Shown piece by piece: positions 20,321 to 30,982 of a stretch of DNA of 64,000 nucleotides. A model generated the notes under the pieces. That model worked only from the letters and a program-made list of their open reading frames with translations, was not told where the DNA came from and did no database searches. How positions within the stretch are numbered: the first letter of the stretch is position 1; each line of letters opens with the position of its first letter. The translations under genes and the position numbers were made by a program. This DNA comes from Thermodesulfobacteriota bacterium (GTDB lineage Bacteria > Desulfobacterota_D > UBA1144), in the NCBI GenBank assembly GCA_029246845.1, contig JAQWMJ010000006.1, forward strand, positions 1 to 64,000. The letters run 5' to 3'.

Positions 20321-21028
20321 ATGATAGAGAAAATTAAACCATTGTTAGAAATTCAGAATCTAGATATACAAATACTAGAGATCCAAAATAACTTCAGAGA
20401 GCTCCCAGAAAAAATTTTTTCACTTAATAATAGAATTAAGTCTGAAGAAAATAAAATTGAAAATTTATCGCAAAAAGTTATTGAATTAGAGTCGATATCA
20501 ACAAATTTACAAAATGATATTACAGATATTGAAGATAAGGTTAAAACTAATACTGAAAAAGTTATGAGGGTTAAAACCAAAGAAGAGCTCGAAGCTCTTG
20601 AAAAAGAAACTGGTGACTTGAAAAGAAGAAAAATAGAAATCGAAGATAATCAGATTAAAGCAATGGAAGAAATGGAAACATGTAAAAAAGATTCTGATGC
20701 CAGCAACACAAGTTTTGAAGAAGAAATACTCCCTATGAAAAGCGAAATTTCAGAATTGGAGAAAGTGCTTAATGAGTCAAAAGAAGAAATTGGGCTTCTA
20801 GATGATGAGAGAGCGAAACTAATAAAAGAAGTAGATAAGGATTTTTTAAAAATTTATGAAAGACTTAGCTCTAACAATAAGCCTCCAATAATTGCTGAGA
20901 CCAGCGGAGAAGTTTGTGGTCATTGCAATATGAAGATTCCCCCTCAAGTTTATATCAAAGTTTTACAAGGTAAGGAAATTGTTCTTGCTCCTTGCTGTAA
21001 AAAAATCATAATTCCGAAGATTGCTTAA
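20321..21028 (+). CDS. Coiled-coil + C4 zinc-ribbon protein (DUF164 family)
   Basis: LLEIQNLD, long coiled coil, CGHCNMKIPPQ...PCCKKII; typical synteny with RNase H and rnpB. Confidence 0.85.
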   Translation: MIEKIKPLLEIQNLDIQILEIQNNFRELPEKIFSLNNRIKSEENKIENLSQKVIELESISTNLQNDITDIEDKVKTNTEKVMRVKTKEELEALEKETGDLKRRKIEIEDNQIKAMEEMETCKKDSDASNTSFEEEILPMKSEISELEKVLNESKEEIGLLDDERAKLIKEVDKDFLKIYERLSSNNKPPIIAETSGEVCGHCNMKIPPQVYIKVLQGKEIVLAPCCKKIIIPKIA

Positions 21029-21033
21029 TCCGA

Positions 21034-21438
21034 ATGAAATATAGTCTAAAAGTTTTCATAGATGGAGCCTGTCAACCAAATCCTGGTTCTGGTGGCGTTG
21101 GAATTTATATGGCTTACAATGATATAGAGGAAAAAATATCCTCTCCTCTAGAGGGAACTGTGACTAATAATATCGCGGAATATGAGGCCTTAATCCTCAG
21201 TCTGGAAACCATAATTAAAAAAGATAATTTATTTGAAAGAATTAATATTTTTTCGGATTCCCAACTTATTTGTATGCAATTTAATAAAAAGTGGAAATGT
21301 AAAGAACAAAACCTTTCAATACTCTTAAAAAAAGCTCAAGCACTAAGTAAAAAAATTAAATGTGATTTTTCATTAAGCTATATACCGAGAGAACAAAATA
21401 CCGTTGCAGATAAACTTGCAAAAGAGGCAATTTCATAA
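21034..21438 (+). CDS. rnhA: Ribonuclease HI family protein
   Basis: IDGACQPNPG, TNNIAEY, SDSQL, REQNTVADKLA. Confidence 0.88.
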   Translation: MKYSLKVFIDGACQPNPGSGGVGIYMAYNDIEEKISSPLEGTVTNNIAEYEALILSLETIIKKDNLFERINIFSDSQLICMQFNKKWKCKEQNLSILLKKAQALSKKIKCDFSLSYIPREQNTVADKLAKEAIS

Positions 21439-21448
21439 ATAATTAACC

Positions 21449-21808
21449 TAAGTGGGTTGAGTGATCGCTTGCATCTTTACTTTGTGAAGTGTAAGAGGAA
21501 AGTCCGAACTCCTAAAGGAATTGGTGCTGGGTAACCCCCAGGTGTCGAAAGGCAATGGAAAGTGCCACAGAAAATAACCGCCATTAATAAACACGTGATA
21601 TTAGTGGTAAGGGTGAAAAGGTGGTGTAAGAGACCACCGCAGTTTCTGGTGACAGAGGCTGGCAAGGCAAACCCCATCAGGAGAAAGACCATGTATAGAA
21701 GCTGGTATCCTTTCCAAATGCTTCGGGGTGGGTCGCTTGAGATGATAAGTAATTATTGTCCTAGATAGATGATCACATAAAACAGAATTCGGCTTACTAA
21801 CCCACTTA
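21449..21808 (+). ncRNA. rnpB: RNase P RNA (type A)
   Basis: GAGGAAAGTCC, GGAAAGTGCCACAGAAA, GGGTGAAAAGGTGGTGTAAGAGACCACC, ACAGAATTCGGCTTAC; P1 TAAGTGGGTT/AACCCACTTA. Confidence 0.96.
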
Positions 21809-22999
21809 CTTTATTTTAATTTTATAAAAATTCCTTTTACCTAGCTTAATTTTCCAAGGACTTTTAAAGGTAGGTAGAATCTCTAGTGAGGTAAATTTCT
21901 CGCCATTTATTTCAACTGCATTATCCTTTATAAGCCTTTTAAGTTCTGACCTTGAGAAGGATTCATTAGTAGCCTCAGAGAGTATATCTAAAAACTTTTT
22001 TCCTTTTATTTCAATTTCGATTTCATCTAAATCATCAGGGAAATCTTTTCTACTAAACTTACTTTCAAAATTATTTCTAGCTAACTCTGATAACTCTAGG
22101 CTATGATATTCTTCTACGACTTTAGAACCCAAAGCCTTCTTCCTCTCTAGCGGATTACCAATATCACCAAAAAACCCTCTATCGTTTGCAAAAAGAAGTT
22201 CAATATATCTGTCCATTAATTCATCTGATATAGACATAATTTTTCCAAAAATTTCATCATAGGAATCATTCAACCCAATATAATTATTTAAGCTTTTTGA
22301 CATCTTCATTTTACCGTCAAGGCCTTCAAGTATCGGGAGAAACACGCCCACTTGTTCAGGGACATTAAAAGCTTTTTGAATTTGTCTACCAAGTAAGATA
22401 TTAAATCTCTGATCTGTTCCACCTAGTTCTACATCGGAAGATAAGACAACTGAATCGTAGGCTTGAAGTATTGGATAAAGGAACTCTGTAACAGTTATAG
22501 CCTCCCCTGCTTTGTACCTTTTTTTAAAATCATCTCTCTCGAGCAATCTTGCAACATTCTCTAATGAGGACAGGTTAATAAGATCTTTCAAATCAAACTT
22601 ATTAAACCATTTAGAATTATAAAAAATTTGAACTTTTTCTTTCTCTAGGACCTTAAACATCTGGTCTTTATAGGTTGCCGCATTTACTTCAATCTCATCA
22701 GCGCTTAGGGGCTTCCTCGTCTTGTCTCTTCCAGTTGGATCACCAATCATAGCTGTAAAGTCACCGATTAAAAAATTAATTTCATGGCCTAAGTCTTGGA
22801 ATACCTTCAATTTCTTTAACAATAAAGAATGTCCTAGATGTAAATCGGAAGACGTAGGATCAAAGCCCGCCTTAATTTTAAGTGGCTCTTTTTTTTCAAA
22901 CGATTTAGATAATTTTTCTAAAAGTTCTGTTTCTGGAACTATGTCCACTACATTCTCAAGTATTATTTTAAGCTGCTTTTTTGGTTCAAGAAATTCCAT
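21806..22999 (-). CDS. tyrS: Tyrosine--tRNA ligase
   Basis: GFDPT..DLHLGH, GGTDQ, KMSKS, S4 domain. Confidence 0.97.
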   Translation of the reverse strand: MEFLEPKKQLKIILENVVDIVPETELLEKLSKSFEKKEPLKIKAGFDPTSSDLHLGHSLLLKKLKVFQDLGHEINFLIGDFTAMIGDPTGRDKTRKPLSADEIEVNAATYKDQMFKVLEKEKVQIFYNSKWFNKFDLKDLINLSSLENVARLLERDDFKKRYKAGEAITVTEFLYPILQAYDSVVLSSDVELGGTDQRFNILLGRQIQKAFNVPEQVGVFLPILEGLDGKMKMSKSLNNYIGLNDSYDEIFGKIMSISDELMDRYIELLFANDRGFFGDIGNPLERKKALGSKVVEEYHSLELSELARNNFESKFSRKDFPDDLDEIEIEIKGKKFLDILSEATNESFSRSELKRLIKDNAVEINGEKFTSLEILPTFKSPWKIKLGKRNFYKIKIK

Positions 23000-23031
23000 T
23001 TTATTATATTATCTTATTTGATAAGATTTTA

Positions 23032-24672
23032 TCAAGCTTCTTTGAAACCATTAGTAATAGGATATCTTCTATCTCTTCCAAAGGCCTTTGATGTTATCTT
23101 TATTCCTGGTGGTCCCTGTTTTCTCTTAAATTCACTATTATTAATCTTATTAATTATTCCAATAACTAATGATTTTTTAACTTTTAATAACATAGATATT
23201 TCACCAACTTCTTTTCCACCCTCAATATAGTATTCTAAGATTTTATCTAAAATCATATATGAAGGAAGTGAATCGGAATCCTTTTGATTCGCTTTTAACT
23301 CAGCAGATGGATCTCTTAATATTATCTTTTTTGGTATTACGTTAAAAATATTTTGGGAATTATAAAACTTTGCAAGATCATAGACTAATGTTTTAGGAAT
23401 ATCTTTCAAAATTGCTATTCCCCCAGCTGCATCACCATAGAGAGTTGAATATCCTATACTTATCTCGCTTTTATTTCCTGTAGACAGAAGTAAAGAGCCC
23501 ATTTTGTTTGAGGTAGCCATCAAGATATTGGCTCTAATTCTAGCTTGCAGGTTCTCCTCAGTTACATCGAAAGGTGTATTTCCATATATATTTTTACTTA
23601 ACAATTCTAGATTCTTTTCAAAAATTTCTTGTATTGAAGATACTTTTAATCTAAAACTCATATTGGTAGAAAGCTGTTGTGCAAGTTTTAGACTGATTTC
23701 TGAATTAAATTTGGACGGCATTGCAATACCCAGAACATTCTTGGGACCTAAAGATTTAACAGCTATCGCAGAAACTAAAGCAGAATCTATTCCGCCGGAG
23801 ATTCCTATTACAACTTTTTTAAAACCATTTTTAATTACATAATCTTTTAATCCAATTGATAAAGCAGAAAATACACTAGATAAATTGTCTTTTTTATTTT
23901 TTCTTTTATGGATTGTTTTTTTATACTTAGTCTTATAATTTAGAGTTTGCACTTTAAACTCTTCATTGAATTCCCCGGCTTTTGAAATCATCTTTCCCTC
24001 AGAATCTAGAAAAAAGCTATTGCCATCAAAAACCAGTTCGTCCTGGCCTCCAACCAAGTTGGAATATACTACTTCGATGTTGTTTTTTCTTGCAATATTA
24101 CCCAGAAGCTTTAACCGGTTATTTTGCTTTGTAATATTGAACGGTGATGCCGAAAGGTTAATCAATAAATCTGGTGAGTTTTTTTTTGATATATCTGGAG
24201 ATATTTTAAAATCATCCCAAATATCTTCACATATTGTTAAATATATACTCCTATTTTTAAGCTTGAACATAAGAGGCTCTATACCACTTTCAAAATATCT
24301 TTGCTCATCAAATACCCCATAATTAGGCAAGCGAATTTTTTTGTATTCATATTTTAATTCACCATGAATGAAAACTCCGGCGACATTATACAATTTACCT
24401 TCTATAAGTTTTGGATAGCCCACTATATAGGAAATATTTTTATCTACTTTTTGAATTTTTTTGACTGCTAATTTAACCATTTTTAAGAAATTTTTACTTA
24501 ATAGCAAATCTTCGGGTGGGTAGCCCACGAGTGCGAGCTCAGGAAAACAAAGTAGGTCAACTTTCTTGTTTTTTCCTAAATTTATAAATTTGATTATTTT
24601 CCTCAGATTATAATCAATAGCTCCTACATGCGAGTTCATTTGTGCAACTGCAACTTTAATATTTCTATTCAT
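23032..24672 (-). CDS. nadE: Glutamine-dependent NAD+ synthetase
   Basis: Nitrilase domain (FPEL, ICEDIW) plus GISGGIDS, ENLQARIR. Confidence 0.95.
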   Translation of the reverse strand: MNRNIKVAVAQMNSHVGAIDYNLRKIIKFINLGKNKKVDLLCFPELALVGYPPEDLLLSKNFLKMVKLAVKKIQKVDKNISYIVGYPKLIEGKLYNVAGVFIHGELKYEYKKIRLPNYGVFDEQRYFESGIEPLMFKLKNRSIYLTICEDIWDDFKISPDISKKNSPDLLINLSASPFNITKQNNRLKLLGNIARKNNIEVVYSNLVGGQDELVFDGNSFFLDSEGKMISKAGEFNEEFKVQTLNYKTKYKKTIHKRKNKKDNLSSVFSALSIGLKDYVIKNGFKKVVIGISGGIDSALVSAIAVKSLGPKNVLGIAMPSKFNSEISLKLAQQLSTNMSFRLKVSSIQEIFEKNLELLSKNIYGNTPFDVTEENLQARIRANILMATSNKMGSLLLSTGNKSEISIGYSTLYGDAAGGIAILKDIPKTLVYDLAKFYNSQNIFNVIPKKIILRDPSAELKANQKDSDSLPSYMILDKILEYYIEGGKEVGEISMLLKVKKSLVIGIINKINNSEFKRKQGPPGIKITSKAFGRDRRYPITNGFKEA

Positions 24673-24696
24673 ATTATTAAATTATATAATGTATTA

Positions 24697-27516
24697 ATGG
24701 TTTTAAGAAATTTACTTATAGTATTTCTGCTTTTTTTTATACTTATAGATATATCTCGTGGTGCCCCAAAAAAAGAAAGCTTCACTATAAGAGATACGGC
24801 TCAATATATTCAAGAAAATTCATACTTCTACAAAAAAGATCAGTATAAGGATATTTTTATAGAGTCAATTAATACTATAAATTCATCTTCGGATACTGTT
24901 TTAGTTAAAATAAGATGGGGTGATAATCCTACATTTGAGATTCAAGGTACTAATTTTGCTGGTGAGCTTGTTACAGCTGAGTTCGACTTTAGAGCTAAGA
25001 ATATCAAAGATGTAGGAGCAATCCTAACAAAGTTGATAAGTTATCTTCAGGGTTTTGACTGGGAATACATAAATGCTAATGAAGACATTCAATACTTGGT
25101 TGCAAATGCAATGCTCAAAGATGTAGATGAATACTCTTCAGTAATACATCCAAACTTGTTTGATGAATTCTTAATTGAAAGTAAGGGTAGCTTTGGAGGA
25201 TTAGGAATTGTAATAGGTATAAGAGATGAAAAATTAACAATCATATCTCCTATTGAAGGTACTCCTGCGGATAAAGCAGGTGTAAAAGCAAATGATAGGA
25301 TTAGTAGGATAGAGAACTTTGAAACTGAAGGGTTTACTTTAGAACAAGCTATTAAACTATTAAGAGGGGAAAAGGGTAGCCCTATAACAATTTACATTGA
25401 AAGGGACAACGTGGCAGACTTAATTGAGTTCAAAATAGTTAGGGACATAATTAAAATTAAGAGCATCGAGTCAAAATCTGTGGATGAAAAAGTTGGCTAT
25501 ATAAAAATTAATACATTTCAATCAAATACTTACAAGCAATTTATTTCTGCGCTAGATCAACTAAGAAATGATGGAGCTAGTTCTCTTATTTTAGATTTAA
25601 GAGGAAACCCAGGTGGCTTGTTTGATCAAGCTCTTAGAATATCAAATGTACTACTAAGAGAAAAGCTAATTGTATCGACCAAAAGTAAAAACAAGGAAAT
25701 GAATATAAACTTCTTTACGAATCCCGTTGAAACACCTAAGTTTGATGGGCCATTAATTGTTCTCACCGATAGAGGGAGTGCTAGTGCATCTGAAATTGTA
25801 ACAGGTGCTGTTAAGAACAACCAAAGAGGTATAATTATTGGTCAGCAAACTTTTGGCAAAGGTACTGTTCAAGAAGTATATAAGCAAGATGATGGTGCAG
25901 GTATCAAGCTGACTATTGCAGAGTACCTAAGTCCTATAAACTACAAGGTGCATTCAAATGGAATTAGTCCAAATATAAATTTTATACCAGTTAACTTGGA
26001 AGAGAACACCTTAATAACAGACAAGGAAATAGAGAAGGAATTAACTTTAAATCCCGATGAACAAAAACTTAATATTATTTATTCGCCTAAAAAAATAGAG
26101 GAGAATGAAGATGATGAATTAATATCTTTTTCAAAATTTATTTTCAATTCAGGCCTCTTAAATAAAGTAGAACTAAGAGGAAATACTAAAAACTTTCTTT
26201 CAATTCTTGAAAAACATATAGAAAGTGAAGGCCAGAAAATTAGCAGTTCCCTTACAGAGAAACTAGAAAATTTCTCTTTAAAAAGTTTTGATGGGGGCCA
26301 GCAGAACGAAAAAGGGGCATTGAGCATGGAAGTAAAAGATAAAATAGACTTCACAGCAGGGACAAATAAAGTAATCAAAGGGTCTATTGTAAATAACTCT
26401 AACTTAGAATTCTCTAACTTGATTATTAAATCTGAGTCTGACAATAAAACTTTTAATAATAAATATTTCTATATTGGTAAAATTAAAAATAATAAAAAAA
26501 GCGATTTTAAAATTCTCTTTAAAATACCTAGCTGGCTTAAAACAAGTGAGGATATTGTAAAACTCAGCTTGCTTCAATTAGATATGAGTAATGCTCTAAA
26601 ACCAACTCTTTCTAAAGTAAGTAGGATTTCTTTAAAAACGAAAGTTACAAAAAAGGAATTTCTTTTCCCGAAATTCTCCTACACATTGATTCCAAATGAG
26701 TCAAATAATGATGCTAATTTTGATATAAATATATCAATAACAAGAACTCCTATAAGCTGCAATAAATGTTTTGTGAAAATTTTATCAAATGATAAACAAT
26801 TAGTTATAAAGAATAAAAGACATAAAGTATTAGCTGAAAAAAAAGAAAACTTTAATCTGATAAGTAATTTATCTATACCTTTAGATAAAATAAAAAATAA
26901 TAAAATTAAGTTTGCAATTAGATTTCATGACGAAGATACGCATGCATTTTTTGACAAAAATATTAAGATTAATAAAACCGAGCTAATGTCGTTTAAAACA
27001 GTGAAAAATTATTATAGCATCTTAAGATCTTCTACTAGCTATTCGGAGCCTAGCCAAACCGGGATTGTTGTAGGAAGAATTAATAAAGGGGAATCTGTTA
27101 AAAGCATAGGTGAGACTGAGAATTTCATTCTTGCATCAGCAAATGACGAAAAAATATTCTTTTGGCTAAATAAACAAGATGCTAAATTAATTGTAAACAA
27201 TAATGAGAAAAAAAATACTTATAGTTTTAAAAGGATTTATGAGCTTCCTCCAGAAATTTTAATAAGATCTACACAACAAGCTAAAAACGATAAAATTAAT
27301 ATCGAAGCTGAGATTATGGATAATTCTATAATTAAGAATGTGAACTATTTCCTTAATGATGAAAAAATTAGATTTAGCTTAGAGGAAGAAAGAGTTGTAA
27401 GTGAGAAATTTAATATTGCTCTCAAGCCTGGAAGGAATAAATTATATATTGTTGCATCTGATAAAAAAGATATAAAAACCTATAAGGAGATTTACTTCAC
27501 AAGAAATGAAAATTAG
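24697..27516 (+). CDS. S41 C-terminal processing protease with PDZ domain and long C-terminal extension
   Basis: Signal-peptide-like MVLRNLLIVF from ATG 24697; FGGLGI PDZ, DLRGNPGG, SASASE, TFGKG. Confidence 0.85.
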   Translation: MVLRNLLIVFLLFFILIDISRGAPKKESFTIRDTAQYIQENSYFYKKDQYKDIFIESINTINSSSDTVLVKIRWGDNPTFEIQGTNFAGELVTAEFDFRAKNIKDVGAILTKLISYLQGFDWEYINANEDIQYLVANAMLKDVDEYSSVIHPNLFDEFLIESKGSFGGLGIVIGIRDEKLTIISPIEGTPADKAGVKANDRISRIENFETEGFTLEQAIKLLRGEKGSPITIYIERDNVADLIEFKIVRDIIKIKSIESKSVDEKVGYIKINTFQSNTYKQFISALDQLRNDGASSLILDLRGNPGGLFDQALRISNVLLREKLIVSTKSKNKEMNINFFTNPVETPKFDGPLIVLTDRGSASASEIVTGAVKNNQRGIIIGQQTFGKGTVQEVYKQDDGAGIKLTIAEYLSPINYKVHSNGISPNINFIPVNLEENTLITDKEIEKELTLNPDEQKLNIIYSPKKIEENEDDELISFSKFIFNSGLLNKVELRGNTKNFLSILEKHIESEGQKISSSLTEKLENFSLKSFDGGQQNEKGALSMEVKDKIDFTAGTNKVIKGSIVNNSNLEFSNLIIKSESDNKTFNNKYFYIGKIKNNKKSDFKILFKIPSWLKTSEDIVKLSLLQLDMSNALKPTLSKVSRISLKTKVTKKEFLFPKFSYTLIPNESNNDANFDINISITRTPISCNKCFVKILSNDKQLVIKNKRHKVLAEKKENFNLISNLSIPLDKIKNNKIKFAIRFHDEDTHAFFDKNIKINKTELMSFKTVKNYYSILRSSTSYSEPSQTGIVVGRINKGESVKSIGETENFILASANDEKIFFWLNKQDAKLIVNNNEKKNTYSFKRIYELPPEILIRSTQQAKNDKINIEAEIMDNSIIKNVNYFLNDEKIRFSLEEERVVSEKFNIALKPGRNKLYIVASDKKDIKTYKEIYFTRNEN

Positions 27517-28426
27517 TTTTATCTTAACTAAGATTATTAGCTCTATTCTCGTAATATTAATAGTAGTATCTGCGACTTTTCTATTGCTGAGGATTCTCCC
27601 TGGTGGACCATTTGATACGGAAAAAAAACTACCTCCTAGAGTTAAAAACAATATAGAGAAAAAATATAAATTAGATCAACCCCTTATTAAACAATACATA
27701 TACTATATTAAATCGACGGCTAGTTTAGACTTAGGGCCTTCATACTTTTATCCAGGAAAGAATGTCAATGATATTATTAAAAAAAGTTTTCCTTACTCCT
27801 TAAAAATAGGCTTACTCGCACTTATTTTTACAATTTTTATTTCAATCCTAGTTGCAAAATTTATATATAATAATAAAAAAAGTTTTCTTTCAAAAGTAAT
27901 AATTAATTTTCTATATTTATCCGTCGGGACACCTACATTTTTAATTGGTGCATTATTAATAATGATTTTTTCAGTACAGTTAAAAATCTTACCTGCAGCT
28001 TTACTTGAATCGCCCTTAAGCTATATTCTTCCAGTAATCACGCTCTCGATACCATCTATTGCATTCCTATCCAAATTAATGCTTGAATCAATGAATGACA
28101 TTGAAAAAACTCTATACTTTAGAAATGCTAAGCTAAATAATATTAAATCTAATCTTATTCTCAAATACTATATAGTCAGAAATTCTTTGGTACCCTTTAT
28201 AACTGCAATTGGTCCTATTTCCGCGTTTATGATTACGGGTTCTTTTGTAGTTGAAAGCATCTTCTCTATACCTGGAATGGGGAAAATGTTTATCTTGTCT
28301 ATCATAAATCGTGACTACCCAATTGTTTGTGGCCTAACTATTGTTTATACAGTAGTCCTTGTAACTATCAATATGCTTATCGATCTTACTTACCCTATAA
28401 TAGATAAAAGAATAAAGTACCAATGA
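27506..28426 (+). CDS. oppB: Oligopeptide ABC transporter permease, OppB-like
   Basis: LPGGPF, DLGPS, GSFVVESIFSIPGMG, RDYP. Confidence 0.85.
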   Translation: MKISFILTKIISSILVILIVVSATFLLLRILPGGPFDTEKKLPPRVKNNIEKKYKLDQPLIKQYIYYIKSTASLDLGPSYFYPGKNVNDIIKKSFPYSLKIGLLALIFTIFISILVAKFIYNNKKSFLSKVIINFLYLSVGTPTFLIGALLIMIFSVQLKILPAALLESPLSYILPVITLSIPSIAFLSKLMLESMNDIEKTLYFRNAKLNNIKSNLILKYYIVRNSLVPFITAIGPISAFMITGSFVVESIFSIPGMGKMFILSIINRDYPIVCGLTIVYTVVLVTINMLIDLTYPIIDKRIKYQ

Positions 28427-29160
28427 ATATTAAAATGCACATAGAGTATATTGGAACAAATTATTGTGGCTGGCAAAAGCAGGCAAATAATAAGACAATT
28501 CAAGATGAAATTGAAAAAAAACTTAAGAAGATATATAAAACAAAAATAACGTTGCTAGGTTCGGGGAGGACCGATAGTGGTGTTCATGGAATCAAACAAA
28601 TAGCCAACTTCCATATAGACAAAAAGATTAATATTAACTTAATAGCACTGAGGAATAAATTAAATAGACTTTTAGATCAAGATATAAGAATTAGGTCTTG
28701 CGAAAGTGTTGATGATAATTTTCACTCTCAACATAGTTGTAAAAAAAAGATTTATTTATATAAAATAAAAACTTTAGAGCCATGTAGTGTTTTTGAAGAT
28801 AATAGAGTTCACTTTATAAAAAGAAATTTAAATCTAAAAAAATTAAGAAAAGGTGCAAGTTTTTTTATTGGTGAGCATGACTTTATTCATTTCTGTAAAA
28901 CAGGTTTTTCTGGGAAAGATACAAAAAGAACCATATATTCACTTACAATTATAAAAAGAAAAAAGATTTTAGAAGTTAGAATTTCAGGAAATGGGTTTCT
29001 TAGGGGGATGGTCAGGCTGATGATTGGAGCATTATTAAATTATGAAAAAGATAAAGTAAGTGATATCGATATAATGCATGCATTAACAAATAGAAGTAAA
29101 TTAAAACTAAATTTATCGGTTCCTGCGTGTGGACTATATCTTTATGATGTAAAATATTAA
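28423..29160 (+). CDS. truA: tRNA pseudouridine(38-40) synthase
   Basis: GWQKQ, GRTDSGVH, FLRGMVR. Confidence 0.95.
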   Translation: MNIKMHIEYIGTNYCGWQKQANNKTIQDEIEKKLKKIYKTKITLLGSGRTDSGVHGIKQIANFHIDKKININLIALRNKLNRLLDQDIRIRSCESVDDNFHSQHSCKKKIYLYKIKTLEPCSVFEDNRVHFIKRNLNLKKLRKGASFFIGEHDFIHFCKTGFSGKDTKRTIYSLTIIKRKKILEVRISGNGFLRGMVRLMIGALLNYEKDKVSDIDIMHALTNRSKLKLNLSVPACGLYLYDVKY

Positions 29161-29161
29161 A

Positions 29162-29911
29162 ATGATTATTAGCTCATACAATGAAAATAATAAAAAAATA
29201 AGAAAGACCTTTGAAACAATTGATTCATACAATAGTTTTTTTCGAAAAGTTAATAAAAGAAATATTGTTGCTTCGGTTTCTCCATCAAAAATTGTTGCTA
29301 TTGGTTTAAACTATCATGATCATGCGATTGAGATGAAAAAGCAGCCGCCCAAAGAACCATTAATTTTTTTAAAAGCACCTTCTTCGGTAATAGGACCCTT
29401 TGAAAATATAATATATCCAGATTATATGAGTTCAAAAGTCGATTATGAGGGTGAGCTAGGAATAGTTATAAAGAAAGAAGCAAAATGGGTAAACAAAAAG
29501 GATGCATATAAATATATTTTAGGTGCTATTTGCATAAATGATATAACAGCTAGAGACCTTCAAGCACAAGATGTTCAATTTTCTAGGGGGAAAAGCTTTG
29601 ATACTTTTTGTCCTGTGGGTCCAATAATATCTGATGAAATTAATTATCAAGATGTTACAATCAAAACTATCCTAAATGGAAAGATTCAGCAAGAGTCGAA
29701 TACTAGCCAGATGATTCATAAAATTGATTTTTTGATAAGCTATATTAGCAGGATTATGACATTAAACAAAGGGGATATAATATTAACTGGTACCCCAGGT
29801 GGTGTAGGACAAATTAAAGAAAATGACATAGTAAGGGTCGAAATAGAGGGACTAGAAAGTACTAATAATAATGTTCATTTAGGAACAAAAACAATTTCTA
29901 AGGAGGTATAA
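29162..29911 (+). CDS. Fumarylacetoacetate hydrolase family protein
   Basis: IGLNYHDH, DYEGEL, NDITARD, KSFDTF, TGTPGGVG. Confidence 0.9.
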   Translation: MIISSYNENNKKIRKTFETIDSYNSFFRKVNKRNIVASVSPSKIVAIGLNYHDHAIEMKKQPPKEPLIFLKAPSSVIGPFENIIYPDYMSSKVDYEGELGIVIKKEAKWVNKKDAYKYILGAICINDITARDLQAQDVQFSRGKSFDTFCPVGPIISDEINYQDVTIKTILNGKIQQESNTSQMIHKIDFLISYISRIMTLNKGDIILTGTPGGVGQIKENDIVRVEIEGLESTNNNVHLGTKTISKEV

Positions 29912-30982
29912 ATGAAAAAAATATTAATTCTTCCCGGTGATGGAATAGGACAAGAAGTAACAAATGAGTGCTTAAAAATTATAAGCTACTTTCAGAAAGA
30001 TCACGAGATTGAATACACCGAAGATTTGTTTGGTGGGGCATCTATTGATGCCCATGGAAAGCCCCTAACTAACAAGGTTTTGGAAAAAGCTATGGACGCA
30101 GATGCAGTACTACTGGGAGCTGTAGGCGGACCTAAGTGGGAACAACTTGATCATAACCTTAAGCCCGAAAAAGGACTTTTAACCCTTAGAAAAGAACTAG
30201 AAGCATTTGCCAATCTAAGACCAGGAAAAGTTTTTCCTGCACTTATAGATGCCTCTAGTCTTAAAAAAAGTGTTGTAGATGGTACTGATATTTTTGTTGT
30301 TAGAGAACTTACAGGTGGAATCTATTTCGGAGAACCAAGATATATAAAAGAGGTTGACGGTAAAAGGATAGGTGCTAACAACTTAATCTACAGTGAAGAC
30401 GAAATAGCAAAAGTAGCTAGGGTAGCTTTTGATATTGCAAGAAAAAGAAAAAATAAAGTCACGTCATTAGACAAAGCAAATGTTTTAGAAGTTATGCAAT
30501 TATGGAGGGATGTTGTTTCCGAAGTACATTCTAATGAATTCAAAGATGTTGAACTAGAACATTTATATATAGATAACGCCGCAATGCAAGTTATAAAAAG
30601 ACCGTCAACCTTTGACGTGATACTCGCAGGTAATCTGTTTGGAGATATTATAAGTGACGAAATAGCAGAACTTACTGGATCTCTTGGAATGCTTCCATCT
30701 GCAAGTATTGGAAATAAATATGGAATATACGAACCAGTTCACGGAAGCGCTCCTGATATTGCTGGTCAAAATATTGCTAATCCTATTGCTGCAATTTTAT
30801 CGTTAGGAATGCTTTTTAAATATTCTCTACAAATGGCTGATATTCATGATTTAATAGAAAATGCTGTCTCTGAAGCTCTCAATGCGGGATTTAGAACAAA
30901 AGATATTGGCATTGAGGACACCTTGACTTGTTCAGAAATGGGTGACGAAATTTTGAAAAATATAGATAAACTCAGTAAATGA
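29912..30982 (+). CDS. leuB: 3-isopropylmalate dehydrogenase
   Basis: GDGIG, GAVGGPKW, NLFGDIISD, EPVHGSAPDIAG. Confidence 0.96.
   Translation: MKKILILPGDGIGQEVTNECLKIISYFQKDHEIEYTEDLFGGASIDAHGKPLTNKVLEKAMDADAVLLGAVGGPKWEQLDHNLKPEKGLLTLRKELEAFANLRPGKVFPALIDASSLKKSVVDGTDIFVVRELTGGIYFGEPRYIKEVDGKRIGANNLIYSEDEIAKVARVAFDIARKRKNKVTSLDKANVLEVMQLWRDVVSEVHSNEFKDVELEHLYIDNAAMQVIKRPSTFDVILAGNLFGDIISDEIAELTGSLGMLPSASIGNKYGIYEPVHGSAPDIAGQNIANPIAAILSLGMLFKYSLQMADIHDLIENAVSEALNAGFRTKDIGIEDTLTCSEMGDEILKNIDKLSK

Noticed and set aside
21477..21768. Track ORFs of 71 aa and 68 aa
   Set aside because: Both lie inside the RNase P RNA gene.
24628..24696. Upstream start for the S41 protease
   Set aside because: Overlaps nadE head to head; ATG 24697 gives a signal peptide and a -10 box.
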